Assembly (NCBI RefSeq): GCF_947568905.1
Contig: NC_079171.1
Coordinates: 42,408,001-42,472,000, forward strand
Length of the DNA: 64,000 nt
Direction of reading: 5' to 3'
DNA from: Ostrea edulis
Lineage: Eukaryota
A program made the position numbers and the translations under genes. The first letter of the stretch is position 1. The number at the start of each line of letters is the position of its first letter. A model generated the notes under the pieces. That model searched no databases and was not told where the DNA came from. It saw nothing but the letters and a program-made list of their open reading frames with translations. Shown here piece after piece: positions 1 to 11,400 of this stretch.

Positions 1-486
1 AGTGTATCAAGAAGAAAATATTTTATTTAATAAATGTCCGATTGATCATCATTTTGCGTGTTCAAACGCTCACTTTGTTCATGTCATTCAGAATATTTTT
101 GACAGATATAGATGAAATGGAGGTGAACACTTATTTCTTTTTTATTATCTTTTTTTTATTGACTTGTTCTGACACCTTTAACTTCGTACATGTATCACAC
201 TTAATCAATAAAAAAGAATGTCCAATTGAGTGTTCAAACGATAGCTTTCTTCATGCCAAACAGAATATTTTGACAGACAGAGATGTAGGTGAACGCTAGT
301 TTGTTGTTGTTGTTTTGTTTGTTTGTTTGGTTGTTGGTTGTTTTTTGTTGTTGTTTTTTTTTTTTTTTTTTGCTTTTGGGGGGGGGGGGTATGTACATTT
401 GTTCTGACAAACATCTTGTACATCTTTAACTTCGTTGTATATGTAATACACTCATCCAATAGACTGATCAGTTTAATACTGCATAC

Positions 487-3400
487 CTGGAATTCCTTCA
501 TTCCGTCAGAGAATGGTTTCGACTTTAACTCTCTCTTTGCGGCCGTGTGATTGGCTGCCAGCTCAGTGGCGCAGACCAATGAGCGGACCACTTCCCTCCC
601 GTTCAATATAATGTTGTGAACTGGTCCTAAATGTGATAGATAATAAATCTATTAAAATTCACCAATGTTTTTTCAGTAATAAACCTATGCTGATTCAATG
701 TACATATGCATGTACTTTATTTCTTAATATCTACATTTCCAGTGTATTTGCCGTTTTGCTGTCATTACATATTGTAATGGTGGGCATTTCCTTATGAACG
801 CGCTGCAGTTGTAAACAATGCGCGTATGAATACCAAACCAATTGATAAAAATAGTAAGTGTATTTGATTATTTCAAGAGCTGGGAATGCTGATAGGGATT
901 ATGAAGTATATCAGCGTAAAGCGTACGTGTCGCATTCATTTTCACAAATGAAATTTATTTCTTATATATAAAAGCCTTGAACTTTCTACTTGACGAGAAA
1001 AAAATTATACTTCAAAGTTAAATATGAACAATAATTTTTGCGGAATCCACTTCTCCGATTTCACAAATCACTCATTGCTTTTATACCTCCATAATACAGA
1101 CTCTCTAGATGTTTGTTTCTGAAATGATGGAGATATCCAGCACTCAGTTTGATACATTTAACATGCAGAGCACGAGATTTCACTACTAGACATGCATTTA
1201 GATGTTAAAATCTACGCATAGCTTATGAACTCAAGGGTAATACTAAAAGGGGAACAACATATTCCCCGTCCTACTTTCAAGTGTAAGGTTTAATAGTTTT
1301 CATTGCAGTTTGTTTCCTCGTTTTCGTCAGATGTCTGGACGTATTAATGTCATGTTGAAATGGGACATCATGACGCAGACGAAAAGAGTAAAAGTACAGA
1401 GGAACACGGGTCACTCCACGTAACGACCTATGCACTTTTGACTAAGTACTGATCATAATCACGTTTACCCACAGTTTTAAACTCAAAATATTAATATAAT
1501 GAGTAGCAAATCTATTCTTTCTAACCTCCAGTTTTGATAAAAATATAAAAAATTCATTACAAGTTTTTTTTTCTACTAAGGAAATTATACGCATGCATCT
1601 ACAGAGACTTTGTTATATCTTATTCTTGGTCACGATCAGCGACAGTAGAATATTACAGCGAAATATGCTTTACTTTTGCACTGTCGTAAAAAACGTGACA
1701 CTCCTATTACATGTACATGAATACTCGACCTTGATAAAAGAACTGCTGTTACGCGTGTTTCACAGACGAACGTTCACGTACATGATTTGAATTATCAATA
1801 TATACGCAGGTGTTCTGTAACTTGTGTGGTTTGTGCATGTCTGTATTATGTTCCAAAACATCACACGAGTGCAGAAATTCCGCCCATTTCAAATACTTGA
1901 TGCCATGATCAAGTGGGCGAATACAAACCACCAGACTCTGCTGGAAATGTCAAGGTAAAACTCCCAATACCTGAGATGAGAAACATGATAGCATAAGCTC
2001 CTACAAATGATCTCCCTTTCTTTCCAAAAAATGTAGGGATCAGCAGCCAGGAAATGCACCGCACCTGTACCGACATGGCATAGCCGCTGGCCAGTGCCAG
2101 TCCTAAGACCCCGCCTACTAGCTCACGTAAATCTTTCGGGAGGCTCAATGGTTCCAAAACCGCCTTGTATAGAGCTGAATAATGATAAATATTACGAGAT
2201 CATTTTCATTACATATTGATTCTCGGATAAGAGAGAACTGTCATATAAAACTGATTATACATTTTTATTGCTTTATTGTCAGTAATTTTAAGCAGGCACG
2301 TAGCAATGCCTTCCGTAAAGGGGAGGGGTGCAGGCGAAAAGGAAAATTTGAAGAAGGAAAAAAACAAATCAGAAAAACGAAAGACATTATTTTGCCCGAA
2401 CTCCATAGAGGAGATAGATGACGAGCCGTTGTGGGGGTCCAATGTCCCTCCAGGAGCGAGAGGGGCGGGAGGGGGGGGGGGTCCTGTACTACATACGGTC
2501 ACTTCATCTGTTCAAACTCTTACATTCTTACCATTCCGCTATTCAATATATTTTTTTTAAAAGGTGGGTGGATCAGTCAGTACATCTTACTTTGCATGTG
2601 AAAAATAACTAACTTTGCATGTGAAAATAACTAACTTTGCATGTGAAAATAACAGACTTTGCATGTGAAAATAACAAACTTTGCATGTGAAAATAGCTGT
2701 TTTTACATGTACGTTGTAAGAATAAAGGAAAATGAATGTTGCCAAAGGAATGTGTGTGCAAGGGGGGGGGGGGGGTGCATGTGCCTGCAGTTTCCCTATG
2801 AAAACGTTTTCATATACCAATATGTTTTATCAGTAATAAATTCATACTGTTTAAGATTTCTCACATGTACTCAATGACTTACCGAATCCAATCATAATCC
2901 CCATAGGAAACCCCAATACCGTTTTAATGCCGTTGTACTCCTCTGGGCTGGACTGTAATATGTTGACCAGTTTATCGACAGCCAGATAAAAACCTGAAGC
3001 AGACATGGTTTTATCACAGCACTATAGGGCGGAATCCAAAATAGAACTTCTAAATCTAATTCAGTCTCGGACACATTCTACAACCCGTAACAAACGATGA
3101 ATTAACAATGCAAGGAAAGATATGATATTTTATAAATAAATAATGTACACTAAATACTCTATTGATTCATAACACGTATAATGAAGCTGAAAATCATGTA
3201 CACTAAACGACATTGAAGATGGATTTCATGATGCTTCAGGGGCGGATCCAGGAATTGTGGGTGTCCAGGGGGGCGAAGCCCTCGAAAGCTCCTGGATTTT
3301 ACAGATTTTATGGGGCTTGAAATATTTCTCCTATTTAGTCATTTGTACTATTTTCTATCATTTTGATAAGGTGAAATTAATAAAATGACCCAAATTTTAA

Positions 3401-3954
3401 GGGTTTTTTGGAAAAAATTAAGTTCTCACAGTAAAGTAATTCAAGAAATCAAAAGATTTTGTCATTTATTTCTCCGGGAGTAGAAGAAATTATTGTTGGT
3501 TTTTTTTTTATCGTTTAGTACATTTTCCATTTACCGCTATTTACCTTAAATTTGAAAATTTGAAAATTTGCGCCCCCTCTAAATCCGCCAGTTATTAGTT
3601 GGTTTTTTTTTTTTTTTTTGGTTTTTTTACCTTAAAAAATACTTAAAAGTCCAATGTATGATGAATTGAGAATTTAGTGCAGATCTTAAAGAAAACCATT
3701 GTAAAAGGCTTACATGTGGTGTATTGATAACTTCTTAAGAGTTTGAAATGTGAAAGAACGTGCACCGTAAAACATTTGAAAATAAAGAATTTGAACTGAG
3801 CGACCGATGAACGAAATGTGAATGATGAACGCAAAAGGAACGGAATGCGAACCAAGAGTGAACGCGAACGGAAAGGAAGCTGAGGTTTCTTAGAATGCGG
3901 AGCGAACGATTTCATAACACACACATACTCTTTCTCTCTGTGTGTCTCTCTGTC

Positions 3955-4013
<59 letters not shown>

Positions 4014-5358
4014 AACACCTTTCCCTTTTAGCAAATAAAACTTATTTATACCTGTAATAGATACACATCATGAATGGCTTATTGTGTATTTGGTTGAATT
4101 TAAAGTGTATCCTATTTTATTAAATTGAAGGAAGAGATGGATTATCAAATCGATTTGTCACAAAAATTACCCTAATTAACATGTATCTACGTAAATCTAG
4201 GACTGATGTGAATTCAATATTCTTTATTTCGAACAAATCAACTTCAGATCTTGTACATGTATTACCCTAAAATGTTGTACAATATATCATACATCAGATT
4301 ATATAGTAGAAAACCATCCAAACAACACAATCAAATTGTTGATATACAATAATACTGTAGGTAGACCTGGGATACATTGAAAACGTGAAATGGTCAGTTT
4401 TAGGGAAAAAATGTAATCACGTATTAATTAGCTGTGTGATACAGAAGACAATTCCCCATTTTTATTAACTTAGAGGAGAAGGCGACTACGCACACTACCA
4501 GGAGATTCTGATCTGCTGAAGTCAACTACATGTGTAGGAGTTCAACCACTCGTCATGGTGTACATGTACGTGTTTACCATCCTAATGAACATTGCCTCTA
4601 GTTAAAAAAAAAGAGTGTAGGTTTGTTGTTGTTTTTTTTTTGGGGGGGGGGGGGTAGCACAGTATTTACCTTGTGACACTGACCTATCAGCTTGATAAAA
4701 CAATATGTACAACTTTGAATATTAACCTCATAGAAATCTACAATTTCGGCACTTTGAATTATCAGACTTCTAACATTTTTTCGAATGACTTGAACACCCT
4801 CCTCTGGAATATATCGAGGGGAATATTTCGTAATGTTTTTGTTTATGTTAATGTGAAATATGCCAATTAATCATTTTTTCCCAATATATACAGATCGGAA
4901 GTGATATACATAGGCCCTATATATAAGACTCGGACAGGCCGCATAATTTACAATCGTACAAGAAACTTTTTTTTTTCTTTACATTTTACACATAACAAAT
5001 AAATCACAATGTGTATATTCACATTTCATGTATTCATTTTCTTTTTACATGTACATAACAGTGAATCGAATTGATATGTGTTTTGTGTCCCTTAAGATCA
5101 CATTAACCAATATATGAATAAAGAAAATCTAAGGGACATAGCCAAACCCCAATGTACCTGCAGATCAAAAACTTTGACTTGAGTTACAATACACGATGAA
5201 GAATTAACCTAATCCCACTCACAACAGAGAATTCCGCCTCGCCGTCTTCGTCTTCTGTATTTCCGCTTCCGATATTTCGCCATATATTCTTCGTAAGTTA
5301 GCTTCTTACTTTTACTGTTTTCGTCCTTACCCTCTTCCATTATGGTAACTGATGCCAT
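487..5358 (-). CDS. DCST1: DC-STAMP domain protein, DCST1/sneaky-like (5' part; gene continues beyond the left edge)
   Basis: Exons 5358-5223, 2993-2883, 2174-1971 and 626-487, all GT-AG and phase-consistent (1,1,1,0), 591 nt = 197 codons: MASVTIMEEGKDENSKSKKLTYEEYMAKYRKRKYRRRRRRGGILCCFYLAVDKLVNILQSSPEEYNGIKTVLGFPMGIMIGFALYKAVLEPLSLPKDLRELVGGVLGLALASGYAMSVQVRCISWLLIPTFFGKKGRSFVGAYAIMFLISGPVHNIILNGREVVRSLVCATELAANHTAAKRELKSKPFSDGMKEFQ. The multi-TM segment with RC..LL.P.F.GK.GR and GP..N...N..EV.RSL.C..EL..N.T is the DC-STAMP family signature (recognised from memory); DCST1 versus DCST2 is tentative. Confidence 0.85.
2588..2695. repeat. Short tandem repeat, ~22-bp unit
   Basis: About 5 copies of ACTTTGCATGTGAAAATAACTA. 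Confidence 0.85.
3237..3593 (+). mobile_element. Non-autonomous TIR element (MITE), CAGGGGCGGATCC family
   Basis: Starts CAGGGGCGGATCC and ends AAATCCGCCAG; the internal sequence matches the inverted copy at 9768-10139. Confidence 0.75.
3935..4010. repeat. (CT)n microsatellite
   Basis: Direct reading; similar tracts at 39337-39399, 52266-52310 (GA) and 60800-60858. Confidence 0.95.
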
Positions 5359-5383
5359 GATTACAGCTGACAGTATAAATTTA

Positions 5384-5429
5384 TGACGTGATTTACCATT
5401 ATGACGTCACTTTTACTGTCGGTGCGTCA
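5384..5429. promoter_or_regulatory. Clustered CRE/ATF-like motifs immediately upstream of the DCST-like ATG
   Basis: TGACGTGA at 5384, perfect palindrome TGACGTCA at 5402-5409 and TGCGTCA at 5423-5429, 26-71 bp upstream of the start codon. Confidence 0.4.
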
Positions 5430-6662
5430 CTTTCAGAGCTCATTTATAATAATTTTCATTGTGCATAAAATCATAATGCAACATTTATTTTCTTTAGTCA
5501 TTTTTTTTTCTTCATTTTATCAGGATAATATTTTGAATTCTAAGATCAGCACATCTCTTATTCCATATGACTTTTAAAAACTAGTGTCCGTTTACATCTA
5601 CAGTACTTGACCATAAGTAAGTTCCCAGAGAAAATTTCCACTATATATTTCATGCATGCAAAACCATATATTTTCAAACAATTTTTCTGATCGCATTTCT
5701 TGATCAATTTTGATAAATAAAAAGCACTGATCTCAGAAGTATTCACAGTCTCATCTAATAATTTCAGAATAATTTTAAAAATTATAATTTATTGTAAAGA
5801 TGTGGCAATTTTAACTCGAAGTTTAATTTGAGAGCACTTACTCTTTATATAAGTATGTGTAATTTTGGAATTAAAAAAATTGACATTATGTTATCTCTCT
5901 GCAATATTTCATCGTAACATTGTTTAAAAATATAACAGTTACTTTTGATATTTCTAAAACAAAATGGTTTTTATTTCATCCACATAGAGGGAAAATTGGC
6001 TCCAAGAGAAGATTTTGAAAAAAGATAGATTTACATGAAGTCTGTAAAGAAAATTTTCTATGGAAACTTACTTTTGGCCAAGTACTGTAAGTTGTTGATA
6101 TTGAAATGTCTATAAAAATAATAAGAGCATGTGTACTACAGTTCTAAAGCTCGACATTAGATATTCTACCTTTATACAACCACTGATAGGAAATGTCTAT
6201 TTATAGATGTGTGGTAGTACTAGTGCTGTTACACATCTGTCTTATAGTAACGTGAAGTCATTGAGTGCATTCCCGTTTAATTTTCACCAGGTTTATTTAT
6301 AGATTTTTAAAGACGCTAGAAAAGAGTATAGCTGCTGTAGAAACTCCATCAAAACATGAAATTAATGGTTGATTTATTTTTCTCTCTCTATATCTTTCCA
6401 TGTATCTATGGGTTCCATTATTCTTGTTTGTAATAAGTAGGATGACAACCTAACGTTATATAAGGTCAATGAATGCAAAATTAGATTTGACCACAGATAA
6501 CAGACTCAGGACACGGCAATTTAATTTTGCGGTCATAGTTAATACCATTCCAAAATTAGCCAGTGACGGATTTAAGGGGACGATGTTACGGAGTTGAAAC
6601 CCCCATCCCCGGTTTAGTCATTTCAAGCAAAATAGGAGGTCTTATTTTCTTTTAATCTTTTT

Positions 6663-6694
<32 letters not shown>

Positions 6695-7702
6695 TTTTCT
6701 TTTTTTTGGGGGGGGGGGGTCTTGGGGCAGAGAATGTATAAACTTGGGTCGCGCTTCCCTTTGAAAAAATTATGGATCAGTCCCAGAATACTGACCCATA
6801 GCGTAAAAAAATGCAGAAAATTTCATTAGTGAAATATACAGTGTATGTACAAAAGACATTTCAAAAACAATATTTATATCATATTAAAACCCTGCTTAAA
6901 TCGCATTTCATTAATAAACCAGTTTAAAAAAGATTATTATGAATATAATAGAACTGCGACAAATCCTTAACCTTGGTTAGAGTTTCACCTCCTGTCTCAG
7001 TCTTTGCTTCTTAGACAATCTCAACATACCTTACATTTAGAGAGGATAAACGAGTATTCATGAACATCGATATCCCATACAAACTTGTCAGAGGATAACA
7101 CCCTACCCCTCTCCCCGATTTTTTGGCTTTTAAAGAAACGATATATTCGGTTTATTCATATTTTATTATCGTTGTTTTATATACTACGGTGCGTATTGAT
7201 CAAAGTTATTTCCATACGCAAAATCTCGAGGGGAAAATCTGATATTGATTAGATTGCTTGATTCGCCCATTGAGAGTATCCGCCGTATATAAAGGTATCA
7301 AGACACCCCCCCCCCCCCCCCCCCCCCCCGGTGACGGCTGGGAGGTGCAACAGATTCCGTTCGTAAAGATGGCAGTCACCGTTCATTCCACTGGGACACT
7401 TCTTTTTCCGTTAGGGGGTGAACTTTTTAATTTACTGGCGTTCTCATGGTAGATAAATACACTGTCATGTGTTGTAAACTTTACTTCATTGTGCTTACAT
7501 GTTTCCCACAACGCCCAGATGATAATTGCCAATCATTTTTCTGTACATATTAGACACAGAATCATATAGTTTGCAAATACACACTAATACATTGTAGCGC
7601 ACTTTTCAAAAATATCAAAGTAGATAAATACAATAAATAAACAAACTCACTAAACACAACAAAGCTCCCGGGAAATATTTGCTAGAGGAAAAATTTATTT
7701 AA

Positions 7703-8021
7703 CGATGCATATTACACCGGAGAAATTTGATATGGATGAAAAGTGGAGGATATGTACAACAATATTTTGAAATTGAAAATTTTCAAATGTACTTTATTTA
7801 CTCAAAAATGCAGTTTTAGTCGAAAACAATTTGAAAAGAAATTAAAACCCCTACTGGACTCGAACCAGCGATCCACAGTTCAACAGTCGACGTGCTAACC
7901 AACAGAGCTACTCAGCTAGGCGATAACTTCTTAAATGAATAGACAAATATATAGCTAATATTCATATTTTCATCCATGTTTTAAATGGAAGTCAGCTATT
8001 ATGACGATGTACAGAACCTCC
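7703..8021 (+). mobile_element. TTAA-flanked MITE (Kolobok-like) with an internal tRNA-like segment, copy 1
   Basis: TTAA at 7699-7702 and 8022-8025; collinear with 11544-11840, ~35577-35889 and ~40595-40823. Confidence 0.65.
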
Positions 8022-8417
8022 TTAACGAAAAAGAAACTGATTTTAACATACTGTAATTTGGCGTGAAATGAGAGCAGCATTCCAAGATCCCTACAGTGTT
8101 TTCAATCAATCTTAATCAGGGCCTGTCACAGTTACTAGTAACTTATCAAATCTATTTCCTTAGTTAGAAAATCTTACCATGTAAATTATGCAGATTTTTT
8201 TTTAAAATGAACCTTATCAAAATGAACCTTATCATTAGCTTTCGTAAAATAACGTATGCTAGATATAAGCATTTGACAACAGTTCGGTAACATTTTTAAT
8301 TCAATATCATCATATACAAAGAATTGCATTGACTTGGCCTAACGTAGAAATACACTTAACACTGTACGACCATATCGTACTCAGAATGTTCCATGAGGTC
8401 AGATTGTCGTAGGAAGA

Positions 8418-11400
8418 ATGACAAAGGATAAAAACGCAAGATTAGAACAGAACTGTGGGTGCTTCTACGTCACAAGCGCGCTTGTAATTGGCTGCATCCT
8501 TGCATCTCTTACTGCCGTGAATTTTTATCAAATATGGACTCTCAAACAGGATGTAGAGTTTCTAAAACTGCAGTGCAATCTCATAGCGGTAAGATGAATC
8601 TCAATATGCATACATTATTTCTTATTGTTTTACGTCCCTTCCAGAATATTTTTCTGATACTGAAACGTCACAGGCTTTTTATCTTTTACCTATGATGTAT
8701 TTAAACCAATTAGCTGTGACAGCTTAAACGTTCAAGTGACCTCGGATCAGTTCAGCTCACTCAAACCATATACAGTGACACATGAAGTTCATATACATAC
8801 TTGCAAATTACAATTATTGTACAGGTCAGAGGTAAATGTTAAGATGAAGAAATTTAGAATAACCTATCCTCACTATAGACGTCGTTTTAATGAGGTCTGA
8901 AAGAGAGAGAAAAAAACACCCCACGATTTCCGCTTCTAATGCATGAGCTTGACCAAAGAAAAATCCCTGCTTCAACTTCTCAGGGACAGGTTTGTCACAG
9001 CCGTGGGCTCGTATCCCTGCTCTACATATATTTTTTTATCCGCAGCGAGTCTATTTTAAAAACTGACAACTGAAATCTTGAGTTTGACATTGAGATCACC
9101 GCGTAAGGAGAAACTTCTGGGTTTTCATGTTCACAAATTGAATATATATATTTACAGGAGTTGTCTGTAGTAATTATATCACGTTAGCCGTAACTCGGTA
9201 CAGCTGCACTAGGGTAATTGCCATCACCGTTCACTGATCTGAAACATGCATATTTTATTGTTGTAATCCATAATCTATGATATCCTGTGAAAATAAGCCC
9301 CATACCAATTAAGATTCTGATTATTATTAGTGGTCACTTTAACATGGAGAAAACACAAGTTCATAATTCAATATTTACCAATGTATAATGTAAGCGTAAC
9401 TAATGAAAATAGCTATAAAGGTCTTTCCACAAAGAAAGAAGAAGCACAAAATCAAATAAAAACAAAAAGAATAGAGAAAATAAAGAAATAAAAACAACCC
9501 AGCATCTCTATAATAGGCATGACTGTACAAGTTTCAATAAACCAAGAAATAGAAAACACCTGACTTGACAACATTATTCATCAAACGTGCATACTATAAT
9601 AACACCTGTACGGTATAAACAATTCCATATTGAAATATTGCAGGGTGTATCATGGTAGAGGTCGTTACTATACGGTATACTCATAATAACAGTCACAACG
9701 ACTTACAGTTAATCATTTAAGCGACTATGATCGTCCAGTGCTTGTCATGGTCAGTAACATGTATTATCAGTGGCGGATTTAAGGGGGCGCAGCCTGCGCC
9801 CCCCCCCCCCCCCCACCCACCCACCCCCCCTAATTTTTTCAAATTTAAGGTAAATCGTGGTGTCTTGTTCAGAAAAATGTACTAAACGATAAGAGAAGCA
9901 ATAATTTCTTCCACTCCCGGAGAAATAAATGACAAAATCTTTTGATTTCTTGAATTACTTTATTGGGAGAACTTAATTTTGTCCAAAAACCCTTAAAATT
10001 TGCGTCATTTCATTAATTTCACCTTATTAAAAATGATAGAAAATAGTACAAATGACTAAATAGGAGACATATTTCAAGTCCTATAAAATATAGTGCCCCC
10101 CCCCCCCCCCCGTAACCACAATTCCTGGATCCGCCCCTGATTATAGAGTATACATGTATTTCTAAACTTCAAAAAAGTCAACTATACATGAATAAATACG
10201 AACACAAGCCTGGGAGCCATGGACTTCGAACCGTCTCGAGAACTTGACCAAATGAGCATCTCAAAACATGAAGAGGCTTATGATATACACGTATATACTT
10301 ACTTTTTCTTCCAGGATAACTCTAGAGAAGTTGTAGAAGACACGTCACGAAGCAAGAGGCAGGTTGTTAGTGATCTTAGTTCCTTTATAAGAAATATCAC
10401 GGTAAGATTCTCTAGAAATATCACGGTAAGATTCTCTAGAAATATTACGGCAAGATTCATAAGAAATATTACAGTAAGAAACACAACAGAAATATTACGG
10501 CAAGAAACATAATAGAAATACATGTATCATGGTAAGATTTAGTAGGAATTTTACGGTAAGATTTAGTAGAAATTTTACGGTAGGATTTAGTAGGAATTTT
10601 ACGGTAAGATTTAGTAGAAATTTTACGATAAGATTTAGTAGAAATTTTACGGTAAGATTTTGTAGAAATATGATAAAAATCTGGAATATCAGAACTATCA
10701 TTTCGTCTCCGATTCCGTTGCGATTTACTATTTAGTATATCCAACGAAATTTTGTTTTCTGCATTTACTCGGGCAACTTTGCAGAAAACAAGCAAATGTA
10801 ATATAATGAGTCCAGGCACTGAGCGTCATTTTTGAAAGTGGAAGGGTGGGGCAAACGAGGGAAAAAGTTGCCTTCATATTTGTCTTAAAAAAAATTGTTA
10901 TGATTAAAAGTAGTTCTACCCAAACCCTAAAATCGTCGAGGGGGTGGAGGGGGTGGGGATTATTTTTCAGTATGCTTAGTACATGTGTTCAATTCAACAG
11001 TTCAACCTTGCATTTCCACTATCATTTACCCCTACTATAAAAAGTGACCGATCTTTACATGTAAAAATGAGGAACTTTTTATGTACGTCTGTACGTCACA
11101 TGCAAAAAAAAAGGGGGGGGAGCGCTATTTTTTTCCTCTGGTTGTTACGTACCTGGTATTAATGTAAAGTTAAAATAGAAATGTTAAATTTTAAAAGATC
11201 AGGAAAATATCACCGAGATATTTTTAAAGAAATATAGGACATGTAGTGTTACGATAAGATTAAGTGTAAAAATAACATGAAAAGATTAAGTATAGAAAGG
11301 GGTGCAAATCAATTTTTACTTTTTTCGTCCATGAAAAAGGGGACTACAGACCCTAAAAGGGCAAATTATTGAATACCCCCCTTTACTAAGCAGTACTACT

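Noticed and set aside
40-480. Diverged ~180-bp tandem duplication and ORFs 42-299 and 323-550
   Set aside because: Intronic low-complexity sequence; the ORFs have no coding signature. Only 487-626 of ORF 205-606 is a real exon.
3004-3077. Alternative start or acceptors for DCST exon 2 (ATG 3006; AG before 3021 or 3077)
   Set aside because: Only the acceptor before 2993 joins the phase-1 first exon without a stop.
7850-7920. tRNA gene candidates (also ~31085-31150 and ~35675-35740)
   Set aside because: A/B boxes are present but there is no complete cloverleaf or acceptor stem, and each lies inside a repeated mobile element.
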